60,000 nucleotides of DNA from Vicugna vicugna (Eukaryota), in NCBI GenBank assembly GCA_013265495.1, contig MU058645.1, positions 910,995-970,994 on the forward strand. Reading direction: 5' to 3'. Position 1 is the stretch's first letter; each line of letters opens with the position of its first letter. The notes under the pieces are model-generated. The model did not search any database, had not been told where the DNA came from, and saw only the letters and a program-made list of their open reading frames with translations. Below are positions 47,347 through 60,000 of this stretch, in pieces. Both the position numbers and the translations under genes were made by a program.

Positions 47347-49899
47347 CTTCTGTTTTGTCTTAAATCCACAGTATACCCAGGGTTTCTGTTTAGGGGTCCC
47401 TAAAAGATGTCACTCTGAGGCCGAGAGAAAAAAGTGAAAGGGCTCAGGAATCCACAAGCCGTGTGTCGGCGGCACGTGGATGGTGCTTACTGCTCCTGGA
47501 AGAGGACTGCAACCCTTTGCACACTTCCTCCCTCCCTGGCAGACAGACTTTCCACCTGAGCCGAGCAGAGAGTTTCTGGGGTTGGGAGACATTATTGTTT
47601 CGAGAGAAGTGTCAGTCTGCACAAGAACAAAGACTCGGCCAGATCCAGTCTAAAGCCCTTCGGTCGGGGCGGAAGCCAGAAGCAAGCAAGTAAAATCCCT
47701 GCGTCCCCACACCTCCAGAGGCTGCGGCTGCAGGTGGCTGGCTCATCCAGGCTGAGACCTGATCCCTGGTGGAGCTGAGCAGCACGACGGAAGGGACTCA
47801 CAGGGCGTGGGACGGGAGGACACACCGGGCAAGTCCACAGCCAGGATTCAAGCCCCTTCGTCAGCTGGGGGTCACGGGACTTCGTCCTGCATTGATTCCA
47901 CAGATCCCTGTCATGCAGGCACTCCACTTACCACATTTAATTTGGTCCCATCAGAAAGGCAGCAAGAAATACCGACTGTGAATCAAAGTCCATCCCCATC
48001 CAGGCCCGCTTCCCATTCACCCTCTACCTGACCTTTGCTTCATGATGTAATTGACCTTTTCCTAGTCACCTTCCCCTCTCTTGTTTACCTGGATCCCAAT
48101 TGGATTGAGCAGCTGAACTTTCATTTCTAAAGTCAGAGGTCTGAAGAAAGTATGAGCTTGGAAAGCCTGCCAGCGGGCCAGATCTGTTCTAGTTCATTGG
48201 CCATAAAATCACGAATCAACCTGACCCACACGGCCAGGCTCCAGTTCCAGCAGGCGTGAGCAATGGGACGAGAGCCACAGGGACAGAAAAGAGCTGATCT
48301 TTCTGCTAAGCTTCACTCTCCCTCAAGGACAAAAACGGATCTGTGCCCGGCTCCTCTCGGCCTGAGCCCCTGAGAAAGGAACTGACACTGGGTGGAAGTA
48401 AGAGGCTTCAGGTCCAGCTGCCTCTCTGGGAGATTCCCACACCCTCACTGGAACCCAGGGAGGAGCACCAGTGGTGCCACTGGGAAGGCTGGAACCCCCC
48501 TGAATCTCTAGCAACTCTTCTAAACCACCCGCCCCTGTCAGCACTGCATCGAAATAAGAACTCTGTGCTTATCATAAGACAATTTCAAAACACGTCTCCT
48601 CCTCTCTTCCTGCCCACAAGCCCCCACACCTGCCCCTGGGAACAGCACCTCTGGAGCTGCAGCTGCACCACGCCTTCTCCACGCCAGGCACCCACATCCT
48701 GCGTTCATGGCACCTCCCCATCACCAGAGAATGAATCCGGCCTCACGACGCTGGGATCCACCAAGACATGTTGTCTACTCGTTGCCCCTTTCAGCAAAGT
48801 TTTGTAAGAGAGAGAAAAGGAACCAGAGGTGGAAGGGAACCCAGCTCCCTCTCTGCAGCCTGCAATCTCAGCTGGCTGAGAGCTGGGTCATTTGCAGCTT
48901 TGCAGAGTTGAAAATGCCAAGTGCTTCTGTGACCCAAGATGAAGCAGTGATAATAGTTGGCTCTGTAGAGGGTGAGCCTCACTGGGAGAGAAGACTGTGC
49001 CCCTAGTCCTGTCTCAGTTACCTTTCCTTAAGAGTTCCCAGGGAGAGCAGGGGGCCCAGCCCAGCAGGCAAAATCAGAAAAAGGGTGCTGCCTTGCAACC
49101 AAGTCCATTATTTTCAGATGCTCTCAAGGGAGAGGGAGGGAGGCGGGGACATACAGAGATCTCAAGCTGAAAACTGCCCAGATGAGACCGCTGGCCATTG
49201 TCCTACCTGCGGAGCTAGACAGAGGAAATGGACCCAAAGACTCATAACTTTCTGAGTGAATCACTTTGCCAAAAAAACCCAGCTGACCTACAGAAGCCAG
49301 TGACCGTGTAACCAATTCAAAATCCTTGATTCTCCAAACCTGTGGGAATTGGGTCACAAAGCCATTGGTCTTCTAAAAGTGCACAGTCTGCACTGTCCAC
49401 CTCACATGTGGCAGTGGAGGGTAATGGGCAAGGCTGAGCCACCCAGAGAGCCCAGTGGACAAGGAGACTGGTCACTCCCAGAGAGCAGAACCAGCTGAGA
49501 CCCGGGGCTGACACACTCTCCAGCAGGATTTGAGCAGCGCAAGGCATCAGGGATTCTTGTGGGTCTCTTCACTGTTCCTTTGTCTAGTGGGAGCTGTCCC
49601 TCAGGTTGTTCTGCTTATACATCCTGGTAACAGAGGGCGCTGAATGGAGGGCCAGGCGCAGTACACGGATTGGAGTTGAGGGTTCTCTTTCTTGGGAAGG
49701 TGCGAATGTTCTTCGTGTGGAGGCAAAAAGGAAGTACGTGGATATTCGGGTTACCAAAAGTAAGAATTGTGACAGAGACTCTTAGTTGCCACTTAATTCT
49801 TTCTCCCCTTCTTCTACAGAAGTAGAAACCACAATTCTTAGGTGGGAGCATGATCCAAGATTAAAGTGCACACCTTCCAGCCCCTTGTAGAGTACGTAA

Positions 49900-50181
49900 A
49901 GAGAAATGAGGTGCAAAACATCCAAGTTGTATCCCCCACTTCCCATTTCATCCTCTACAAGGGCTAGAATGTGGATGCGGTGATGGAACATTTTGGATCT
50001 TGCCGAAGAAAGCAATGCTTCAGAGGCAATAGAGCTGTTGGGTGGAAGGAGCCTGGGTGCCTGGCACATCAGAGCATGACAGCAGCCCTGGACCACTTGT
50101 GCTGGGCTGATAAATGGAAGAGAAACAATTTGTGTCTGCTTCTGTGTCTTACTTCAGTAGCAAAACTTGTTCTATCTAATA
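49900..50181 (+). mobile_element. MLT1J-like LTR fragment
   Basis: gctagaatgtggatgcggtgatgg...tggaaggagcctgggtgcctg...cagccctggacc...tctaatag. Confidence 0.6.
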
Positions 50182-50299
50182 GAGTAAAATTGGGTAAATC
50201 TCCTAAAAGGTGGAGAAAGAAAGAAGGAAGGAAGGAAGGAAGCATGAAGGAAGGAAAAAGGAAATAGAGACAGCAAAGTAAATTGGAGGGGAGGAAATC

Positions 50300-51300
50300 A
50301 TCAACAAGATAATTCAAGAATTTTTTTCAAAAAATGGACATATGTTTGCAATGGAAAGGACCCATTGAACGCCCAGCACCATGGTGAAGATAGATTTTCA
50401 CCCCAAAGCACATCACCATAAAATTATGTCTCTAGGGACACAAAAATTTTTTCTATAAACTTTCAAGAAGAAAAGAAAAAGCAAGTATCATACAAAGGAT
50501 CAAAAAATCCAAATGTCAGCAAACTTCTCGCCCTCAATACTGTAAACTGAAGCAAATCCTTCACAATTTTAATGGATAATGATTCTAACCTACAATTTGG
50601 CAGCCAGCCAGAGTAGTAATCTAGTCCAAGGGTAGGACTAAGATACTTTCAGACAAGCCAGTTCTCTGAAAATATACCACCTACGACCTTTTCTCGGAAA
50701 GTAATAGGAAGATGTTCTCCATAAAGTAAGGATTAAAGTACAAAAGCACAAGGCATAGCTAGGGATCCAAAACAAGGAAGAAGCAGGGAGAGCCAAACAG
50801 TGCCAAAGGGTGACTCAAAGACCGGAGCTTTGTGGCCGACCTGAAGGACACCAGTCTGGGCTGGATGGTTCAGAAGTCTCCGGAGAGTCACTGAAGATGA
50901 AATTAATGAACTACCCAATGTGTCTGAGGAGCCTGAGAGATTTATACAACTAGGGGAGAAGCTGGGCTTAACTGGCAACAAGTACATAGAATTCTAAACA
51001 AATAAAGACAGAAATAAATAACAATAATCATACAAGAGCTTGAAGATATGCACATGTGTGGTGGGCTTGAACTGGATGAGTGTGAGAAAATTAATCAATC
51101 TTCATCTTCTAAAGTAGAAAGTCAATGAATAATGCCTAAAACAAAAATAAAATGAGAAATGCTAATATAAGGTTTTTTTTTTTTTGGAGAAACGAAGGTA
51201 AACACCAAAAGAATCAGCTGAAAGAGTTCAGAGTGGTTGTTTCTGGGGAAAAAGAAAATGAGGAGGAAGCAGTGCTATCTGACTCAAAGCATATATGATT
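50300..51300 (+). mobile_element. HAL1 (half-L1) remnant
   Basis: ORF1-like text (cacatcaccataaaatt...atacaaaggatcaaaaaatccaaatg) followed by the HAL1-type tail (ggaagatgttctcc...ggatccaaaacaagg...ccagtctgggctgga) instead of ORF2. Confidence 0.65.
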
Positions 51301-52789
51301 CTGATTTTTTAAAAAACAGAAAAGATGAAAGAGGGAGGAAGGAAAGAAAGAGAAAGGAAAAAAAGGAAAGGGGGGAAATGAGAAAATGAAGAGAAATGGA
51401 AAGGACAGAGAAGAAAAAAAGTGACGTAGCAGCAGGGAGTGGAGTCTGAAGACGGTCGGAGACAAAGGAGGCACCCCAGGAGACCAGCACAAACCCTCCG
51501 GATGGACTGTAAAGCCACAGCGTGCGAGGATGCCTTGGAGGTGCGTGGGTGTGAGAAGGAACGAATCGGGGACATTTGGATGCCAGGAGGTGGGAAATTG
51601 GCATTGAGGTAGGTGAGAACAGGGCCAGCCTAAGAGGCCAACTCAGTTCTAAACAAGGGTATCATTAAATCAAAACTTGGGGGTAGTCAAATATCTTAAC
51701 TTCTACATTTATATTTGGTTCTAAGTATACTCCTTGCTTATGAAGACTTCAGTTTCACAGACTGTTGTTCTAGCCTCAACAGTAACCAGTTCACGTTTTA
51801 AAAAATGGAATGAACATGGAAACATATTCAAATATATACTATTGAGAGTTACTGAAATTTCAAATGCAGGGTGAGTGAATTAGGAAGAGTCCATCTTGGC
51901 CTCATTTCTGTTCATTTCAGAGTTCCTTTAGGGGAATAAGAAAGACTTTTTTTCTGAAAATGAAAGAAAAATATGTTACTGGTCAATGCATCATGATTTT
52001 AATTAATGACATACTAAATGCTCAAAAATGGGAGTGAGGAGGGGTTCCTTATTTATATTCAAAGGTAAATTACCAGAAATTCCATTCTTTAGAGGGGCAT
52101 CTGTTTTGCAACAGTTCATTTTTCTTTAATAAACTTCATTATTTTTTTTAAGTGTGGAAGCTAAGATTTTATTATATTCTTCTGCTGTGGTAGAAAAGAA
52201 AATAAGCTTTGAAAAGATACACCTAAACGAGATAAGACAAAGGATTCAAGAACATTTTTTTAAATCATTATGCGTCTGTACAGATGACAGCCTGTAATTT
52301 TGGAAATTACCTGTTTCCTCTTTAGCACACTCAGCTTTCCAGCACTGGCACCTAATAAAGGGTTGTAACCACTGTGTGGAAAGCAGTAGTTCAGGGTGGG
52401 TGTGTTATACCAGCAGGGGCAGCACTGAGAGCCACCCAGGAACAAGGGGAGGACAGCCCTTGATTGGATGCCCAAGCTGTCAGTCACCACTGTGGAGAAG
52501 CAACAAGGCACACTAGGAGAGATAAAAACACTTTTCTGTGTAGACGTGCATCCATTCATTTACTCACACTCATGGAGGCATGCACAAACTCTGCTATCCC
52601 TTGAGTGGTGACAGTGCTATCATAGAGAATTCTTGAAGAGAACTTGAATTCAGTTTTGTAATTAAATTAAATTGTAATTTCTAATGTACCATGAGTGTTT
52701 AAAGAAGAATATCAAGAATGGCTTTTGAATGTTTAAAAAAAAAACTATCCTTACAAAATATAGATAATGATACAGTTATTTGTTTTGAT

Positions 52790-53300
52790 TTATTAGTAAA
52801 ATAAATTATATTATTAGATCTCCTAATGTCAAACCATTCTGTGTTCTTGGAACAAGCCCTATTTCATTATGTTTTAAAGAGACTATATTGAAATGACTCA
52901 GTGTATACCTATTCATGAGCAAGATTCATCTTAGATATTGTTGTTGTTGATATGCTGTTTTGGCAGATTTTAGTATCAAGGTTAAACTCTCTTCATAAAA
53001 TGAATTGGAAAATTCTCCATCTTATTCCATGCTCTGAAACACTTTAATAGGACAGCAGTTACCCCTATGAACTTGTGATGGTATTACAGAATCAGTCCAT
53101 AAAACTGTGCAAGCACCTTGGGAGACAAAGTTTTTGTTGTGTTGTTTTAAGTTGGTGGTTTTCCATTATTTCTTGGGGTTTTTTTGGGGGGGGGTCTAAT
53201 TAGGTATTTTAAGTTCATTAATCTTTAAAGTTAATTATTTTTGTAATTTTTACTTTTCTATAGTCATTTATTTCACCCAGGGTTCTTTTTTTAACTCTCT
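52790..53300 (-). mobile_element. Ancient L1 ORF2 fragment
   Basis: agattttagtatcaaggttaaactctcttcataaaatgaattggaaaatt...ctctgaaacactt is the reverse strand of old L1M ORF2. Confidence 0.65.
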
Positions 53301-53319
53301 ACCATAAAGATGCTCATAC

Positions 53320-53660
53320 TGTATTGTTAATCAGGGTTCTCTAGAGAAACAGAACTAATAGGAGATACACTTATGAAGTGATCTCTTTAAGAAATTGGCT
53401 CATGTAACAGCGAGGACTGACAAGTCATCCACAGGCAGGCAGGCAGGCTGGGTAATCTCAGTATTTGCTCTCAAGGCCTTCAGTTGACTGGATAAGGCCC
53501 ACTCCCATTATCAAGGATAATTTTCTTTACTTGAAGTCAACTGACTGTAAACGTCTATCACATCTACAAAGCATCCTCACAGCAACATCTAGACTAGTGT
53601 TTGACCAAACAATGGGGCGCCACAGCCTAGTCAAGTTGACACACAAAATTAACCATCACA
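53320..53660 (-). mobile_element. MLT2 (ERVL) solo LTR
   Basis: The reverse complement begins tgtgatggttaattttgtgtgtcaacttgactaggc and ends gttctgtttctctagagaaccctg...aataca; flanks tcatac / tcatat. Confidence 0.9.
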
Positions 53661-53719
53661 TCATATATCATTAATTCTAAGGTATATTTCTCCTTCTGCT
53701 CTAGCCCATCTACTGAGTC

Positions 53720-55310
53720 ATGATCCGCCTGCTTTGAATGGGACCTACAGCAAGAAAGAGCTCAGGTCATGGCTATGATACAAGCAGTCCTGCCATTTGG
53801 GCCATATGGACTGGCAGACCCTAGTGTGTTGGAGGTACTGGTGAAATTATACCATGTGGAGTCTGGGGCTGCCCCTGGGAAAGTCACGATGCAGTCTCCT
53901 GAGTTCTGAAGTGAAGGCATGCCACTCACAGCAGAGATGCACAAGTCTTCAGAAAAATATCTACTGTTCTGCGGAGCCCTGGTACAAGCAGAATGCCCAA
54001 CTGTGGACACCAGGTGACCATGTGACCAGATTGTCCATGATGACCTGGAGCCTTTCAGACTCACTAAGTCCAAGCAAGTAGGCCCAGCAACAACCTGTTG
54101 TAAGATTAAAGTGGTACCTGTGTGTTCCAACACGAGTAGTCCCAGAGGGCACACAAGAGCTGCCTGAGGAGGTCGCCCAGACTTCAGAGGCGCCCACCAT
54201 TGTCACACCAGCACCTGACCCTCAGTTCTTGCCTATAGCCATAGGGAGTGATTCTATCTGACTGGGGGAGGAGCTTGGTCTATGGATGATTTAGCAAGGT
54301 AGTGGATGTGTGACAAAAATCAGGGGTTGTCTTTAAAAGATATTGTTGAGGAAAAACCCTCCCGATGGTCAGGGCTTTGGGCAATGCACCTGGTCATTCT
54401 TTCTGGGTGGCTAGAGAAGAGCCAGTGATGAATAAACTCATGGGCAATTGTGAATGGCCTGGTTAGTTGGTCAGGGCCCTGAACAGGAAAAAGCTGGGGG
54501 ACAGAGAAGTCTGAGGTAGAGGTATATGGATATTTGGGGGTGGATGCAGATTGTAGAGGCACGTGTATCAGATGTTAATGCCCACCAGAAGGTATACACG
54601 TTGGAGGGGCAGTGAGTAGGCAAAATGATTAGACCCATGGACGTCAGCCAACCTCTGTCATGGGTTACATCTAATGGAGTGATGAGCACATGAAGACACT
54701 AGAAGAGATGGAGACTACCTGTTGGCCCAACCACCTGTACTCCCTGGGACTAATCTAGCTACTGTCACCTCTGAATTTCAAACCTGTGAGCAAGAGACCA
54801 ATGCTGAGCCTCCAGTATGGCCCCATTCTTTGAAGACACCAGCTGTCTACCTGGAGGCAGGTTGACTACATCAAGTCCCTTCCACCCCGCGAGGGTCAGT
54901 GGCTAGGTCTCACAGAAATAACCGTGTATTCACAGGATGGCTTTGCTTTTTTCTCCTTGCAATGTCTCAGGCAGAGCTAGCAAAGTCTTTGCTCCACTGG
55001 CCCAAGACCTCTTCCACCGCTGCATCTGAACACCAGCCCCACTTTACAACAAAAGCAGCATGGGACTGTGCCATCACCATCGGAGCTACTTGTAACCAGA
55101 AGTTGCTGGCCTCGCAGAGCCCTGGAACAGTCTGCTGAAGGTGCAGGCAAAGGCCAGCTCAGGAGTAAAATTCCCCAGGGATAAGCTGCCGTCCTCCAGT
55201 GGGTATTAAATGCATTGAATCAGAGTCTTCTCTTTGACACCACATTCCCATTAGGAACATGTGCGTCTAGAAACCAAGGGGTAGAAACAGAAGTAATCCC
55301 ACCATCACTG
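53720..55310 (+). mobile_element. ERVL internal region: decayed pol (RT connection, RNase H, integrase)
   Basis: 53763 onward reads QVMAMIQAVLPFGPYGLADPSVLEV (cf. ERVL QVQAAVQAALPLGPYDPADPMVLEV). VNAHQ occurs near 54575. WRQVDYIKSLP at 54852-54884 (cf. WQVDYIGPLP). AASEHQPHFTTK (cf. IASDQGTHFTAK). Many stops and frameshifts. Confidence 0.85.
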
Positions 55311-56426
55311 ACTGAGTGAGCGCCTCACAGGCAATCCTGGGCAGGGCAACGGGATGTTCTGGGGACAAATTAAGCAATCGTAAGCCCAGAGACGAGAGGA
55401 ACACTAGTTCCCACACTAGTGAGACCTGGACGAAGAGCAGTGACCTGCATCAGGCGTGCCATCCTCTCATCCCTTCAGAGGCAGGTGCGTGAGTAAGACT
55501 CACGTACAGCAGAGCAGAGCACGTCAGGACCTCACCTCCTAAAACAGGTGCACGTTTTATTTTACCTCAGAAGCAGAAGTTTCCCATTATCTATTGTAGG
55601 TTGGCTCTTTAGGAAATGGAGATATGAATAAAAGAGCGTTTATTTTCTCCTTTTGCCAAAATCTAGGACAAAGTTTGAAATAACTAAATAAATCCCTTGA
55701 TTCTAAAGGCAAATGGATAAACATCCAAAAGAAAGCACTGCCCTTCAGATGCAAGTGGAGAAGCTCTGATAGCTCCTTTCAGCTCAGGATTGTCGGGTTG
55801 AAGTGAGGTCGGCTGAGCGTGTAGAGTGTGGGAAGGAGAGAGACAGGAGAGGAACGGGGAGGGAAGGTGGGCACTGCTCACAGAATCGAATCACTTTAGA
55901 AAAGATCAGTGATGAAGTGCAGGGGCGGGTGTCCAGAGTAACTGATGCTTTTCAGGAGTTCTGAGATAGCCGGGCCCCTTCTGGGCTGGTGACGCGAAAG
56001 GACCCTCCACAGACGTGCCCTCTGCCCCTCCCACGTGAATCCTCGCGGGGAGGAGGGGGCAGCACATTTACTCCGCCTCGTTGGGGTGCTCTGGGCACCA
56101 GTGGTTCTTCACCCTGGCCGCACATTGTGTTCACTTGGGGAATTTAAATAAATTAAGAGATAGGTAAATAATTAAAAGAACCAATTAAATCAGAATGCCC
56201 ACGCATGTGCACGCTCAGGAGAGGTCCCAGGGTCCTAACCAGCAGCCAGGGCTGTTGGGATCCCTGTGGCTCGCCAGTCACCGCCCCACTGCCTGGGGCT
56301 CTGCCCTCAGGGGAAGCGGGGAGGATGGGAGCAACCCAGGTGCTGACAGCGGAGCTTGAGCTGAGGATGTCCTCATCCCCCTCGTCTCCTCTTCTCCGCA
56401 CCGGTGAGCACTGGTCCCCTTCACCC

Positions 56427-56585
56427 CGTGTCCTCAAACCTCAGCCTGCATCAGAAGGACCCGGAAAGCTGTTAAAGCACAGAGGGCTGGGCCCCACCCT
56501 GTTTTGGGAGACTTGGGGTGAATCTGCATTTCCAACAAGGTCCCAGAGGGATGCTGACACTGCTGGTCTGTGGACCACACTGTAC
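56427..56585. mobile_element. MER5A-like hAT MITE
   Basis: ctcaaacctcagcctgcatcagaa...gctgggccccaccc...aatctgcatttccaacaagg...gatgctgacactgctggtctgtggaccacact. Confidence 0.8.
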
Positions 56586-57996
56586 CTTTCCTCGTGGTTC
56601 TTCTTTTCCAGATTTAGTCCACCTTTGTGACCTTCTTCTGACCTTGCCCGTGGACTCTTCAATGAAAAAACCCTATTTGCAAAGCATGTTTTCCACAGAC
56701 TGCCCGGCCCAGAGCATAAAAGAAGGATTACTTTGCAGTTTTGCTGCGTCAGCCTGCTTTGAATATCCCTCAGTGCGGCGCCTGCTCTGGCGTCCACAGT
56801 GTCAGTGATGCGCCGTCAGCCTTCATCTACGCCGACCCTCGGTCACGTAACTGAACATCCTTCTCCACCTCACACACGACACCCAGGGATGACGTGCAAA
56901 TAACTCCTAAACGTTTTTTTGACACGAGAAGAATTTTTTCATATTTTCCTACTAAGGGACTTATTTTATTCATAACCATGATGAAAAATCCAGAACACAG
57001 ACTATTTCCAAACAAGGTAGACTACTAAATGACCACTGATCTCTTGAATTAAATTGAATTGAAATGACTTGCTTGGAATCCGTTAGCTGACTCCCCACAC
57101 ACCAATGTTCCCATTGTATTTTCTTTGCTTTCCTGGGAAGAGTCTTCATTTTCACAAAATCAAGCCTCCGCCTATACTCCAAGGGGCAAGTCTGATTCTT
57201 CCAGCTTCAGTAATGCAATCAGGGCACTTCTGCCTCCGCTCTGAATTAAATAGGACTGGTTCTCGGTGATCCATTTCTCAAATTTTGTTTTCCTGCCTCT
57301 CAGGCTTTTAACTGCTTTGCAAGCTATTTCCCTCTGTGGGACTGCAGAGTCAGTCCTGGATGGCAAGTTCTGTGCTTTGAAAGGCCTGTTAGCTCTTTCA
57401 GGGAGAACCCTGGCTCTCTAACACACCTAGGCTGGAGGGCGTTCGGTTGGTTGTAGGGTAGTGGTTCTCACGGAGATAATGGGCACCTCCTCTGTGCTGA
57501 GCTTGTTAGAAGACGAGAACGTAAGCTTGCATGTCCTCCCCTAAACATCGCACGCATTTAGAATCTCGGTGATGACTCCTTGCTCTCTGGGCTAGCAGAA
57601 CCTGGAGAAAGCTACGGCTCAGAGGAAGTAGGTGAGAACAGGACACCTACGTGGGTTCTCACTTTTCAAGGACTGGGCAAGATTCTATTCTCTCCAGGGA
57701 GTGGAAGGTTCATTTCATGGGCTTTGGTCAACAAAATATCCTGAATCCAAGGACCCAGAGCCACAGACCAAATAGCTGGACATCTCTCCTATAAATCAGA
57801 AGCGTCTCCCATCATTTCTGGCTGTTACTGGGAGTTGTCCAACCGTCAATTCTTAATAGAGTCCAACTGAGCACAGTTAGCTGAGTGGGATGCGAGCTCT
57901 TAATTTTTTCAATGTAGATTTTATTTTATAAATTCTAAGCCACTGCATTAATAATAAAAGCATCCATATGGATAATACAAGAGTTGAAAATTTACC

Positions 57997-58281
57997 ACAG
58001 ACACAGAAAACAAACTGATGGTTACTGGGGGCAAGGAGGAGGGAAGGGATAAATTGGGATTTTGAGATTTGCAGATGCAACTGTATATAAAATAGATAAA
58101 AAAAAAAGTTTATTCTGTATACACAGGGGACTATATTCAATATCTTGTAGTAACCTATAATGAAAAAGAATATGAAAACAAATATATGTATGTATATATG
58201 TGACTGAAACATTATACTGTATACCAGAGATTGACACATTGTACACTGACTATATTTCAATTTAAAAAAAAAAGAAAGAAA
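57997..58281 (+). mobile_element. L1 3' end fragment (camelid type)
   Basis: acagacacagaaaacaaactgatggttac...gggaagggataaattggg...actatattcaatatcttgtagtaacctataatgaaaaagaatatg...ctgactatatttcaat plus A tail. Confidence 0.92.
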
Positions 58282-58339
58282 ATTCAGATAAGGGCCAGAA
58301 AGTAGCCTAAATCAAGTGGCCCAGCCATAAACAGCAGGA

Positions 58340-58580
58340 CTGGTGGGGTTTGTCTAAAGGAAGCTGGTGACACTCAGCTCTGGCCAATCCCTGCCATGTG
58401 AGGATGCTGGCTTGGTATCACCGGATCCTCTGACTTTTCAAGAAAAGTAGAAAAGTGAAATTTTTATGTGAAATCTCCTGCCCTGTAAGTGTTGGCAACG
58501 AATCCAGAAATATTTAAAAGTTTGAGCAGCTCAGCAGCACCGTCCACCAGCCCATCTGGCCCCCACGGTGGCGGCCTCGC
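58340..58580. mobile_element. MER102-like hAT-Charlie element
   Basis: ctgacttttcaagaaaagtagaaa...tttttatgtgaaatctcctg...tgttggcaac matches the recalled MER102 text. Confidence 0.65.
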
Positions 58581-59384
58581 TTCTTATCCGACGCTTCCAG
58601 CAGCGTCACCATTTGGCAAAGCAGAGAGTGTCTCCCTCTTACAGAAACGTATACAGAGTTCACAACGGCTAAGGACTTGCAAAGGCCTCACAGCTAACAG
58701 GGCAGAGTCAGGACTCAGACCCAGGAGGGTCCGTTTCCGTCCGGGGCACTCTGTTTGCTCTCCCGGGCTGCTGACTTGCTGGGAGAAGCCCACGGCGGGC
58801 GTTCAGGGCGGCTCTGTCCTCTTCAGCCCACGCCTTCAAAGCCATCCGGCCCGGCCAGCAGAGGAGGGAGGACAAGCAAGAATCACTGGCGGGCACTTTT
58901 TAGGGGCAGGCTTGGAAGAGGCGAGGACTTGGTAACTCGGCAACAGAACCCAGTCGCAAGGGAACTTAGTTAACGTGGTCCAGCTGTGGGGGCGGGGGGG
59001 CAACGACAGCTTTGGAGATCTCCCTGCTCTTCTCCCGCGGACGAGAACGATGTGTGTTCTCCAACATTGTCCCTGTTGCGGTTGAAAACAGATCTCCTTT
59101 GCATTGAGGCTTCAATTGTTGAAACAGTCTTAAGATTAAAACTAGAACGTGGACTGACAAATCATCTTCCTGATAAAATACCCACCTGTCCCTGGGTGTT
59201 CATTATTCCTAACACCGAGCTCTGCATGCAGTAGGGATGCAGTCATATTTACTGAAAGGGATTTAAGTGGCCCTGGAGTTGACACCAGGCTGAAGGGGCT
59301 GAGGCCAGAGGCTCCATCCTCTCTCAAGGCAACTGGCCTCCCAGCCTGGCTGGGCATCCAACCTGGAGAGATGGTAGGTGCAGG

Positions 59385-59590
59385 GGGTGAGTCCAGACTC
59401 CACACCCCACTGTGCTGCATGCCAGTAACCTCGGGTAAGTCACTTTGTCTCTCCAGGTCTTCATTTCTCATTAGTAAGATGGAGATGCTATCCCATGACC
59501 TGTTTTTACCGCATTGCTGTGGAGCCACAGGACATAAACTGATCTGTCACAGTGCCTAACATACGGAAGATGCTCAATTACCAACTGCTA
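59385..59590 (+). mobile_element. MIR SINE
   Basis: aacctcgggtaagtcacttt...ttcatttctcattagtaagatggag...cacagtgcctaacatacggaagatgctcaat. Confidence 0.72.
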
Positions 59591-60000
59591 ATCAAGGAGA
59601 CGCTGGGCAAGGCACTGGGGCTACAGCAACCCAGAGCACCCCAGAGCCGGCTGCGTCACTGCGGAGATCCCAAATGACCCGACCCTTGGGTGTGCGCTGG
59701 CTCCCCACAGGCAGAGACACATTTCACACCCGGGGGGTTGTCCAAGTGAAACCAACCAGGACCCCGTGGGGCCCTCCCAAGTACAAAAGCCTCTCCTTGT
59801 CCTCCATTTCTTGTTTGTAGGAGAAAGGTTTCAGCCTCTTAGACAGACCCCGAGTTCCAAAGGGCAGATTCCTACAGTTACTAATTACAGGAATGACGGA
59901 ATGCAGAAGGAAACAGTAGCACAGTGCAGGACAGGATCTGGTCCTGGTTGCTCCCAGGGGTTGTGCGTAACAGTTTGATACAGACCTCTGAGCTCTTCTG

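Noticed and set aside
51214..51604. Phe/Ser/Leu-rich membrane-like ORFs (also 34339-34542)
   Set aside because: Translations of polypurine/polypyrimidine low-complexity tracts.
1..60000. CRISPR array, operon or other prokaryote-type system; known miRNA, snoRNA, rRNA; named host gene
   Set aside because: No regularly spaced repeat-spacer array, the repeat content is mammalian, no match to RNA genes I can recall, and no exon I can assign to a known gene. A database search would be needed to exclude small RNAs and to identify the locus.

Overview
Mammalian genomic DNA, most likely camelid (alpaca/llama/camel), judged from two tRNA-derived SINEs and several L1 3' ends of artiodactyl/camelid type. 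The window looks intronic or intergenic. I recognise no protein-coding exon, and the ORF track is explained by GC-rich or low-complexity chance ORFs and decayed repeats. Much of the window is transposon-derived: MIR, L2, L1 of several ages, HAL1, MaLR (MLT1) LTRs including one LTR-internal-LTR remnant, an MLT2 LTR, an ERVL pol remnant, and hAT elements (MER5, MER20, MER102). Family names come from recalled consensus sequences, not a database search, and boundaries are approximate. The best-supported unusual structures are two 5'-inverted (twin-primed) L1 insertions of very different age. The most interesting but speculative signal is a possible spliced, polyadenylated minus-strand transcript at about 20.3-32.2 kb. 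It has a CpG-rich first-exon candidate next to a pair of STAT (GAS) sites, a terminal exon with a strong acceptor and AATAAA, and could encode a 29-30 aa peptide. I found no demonstrably new biological system.
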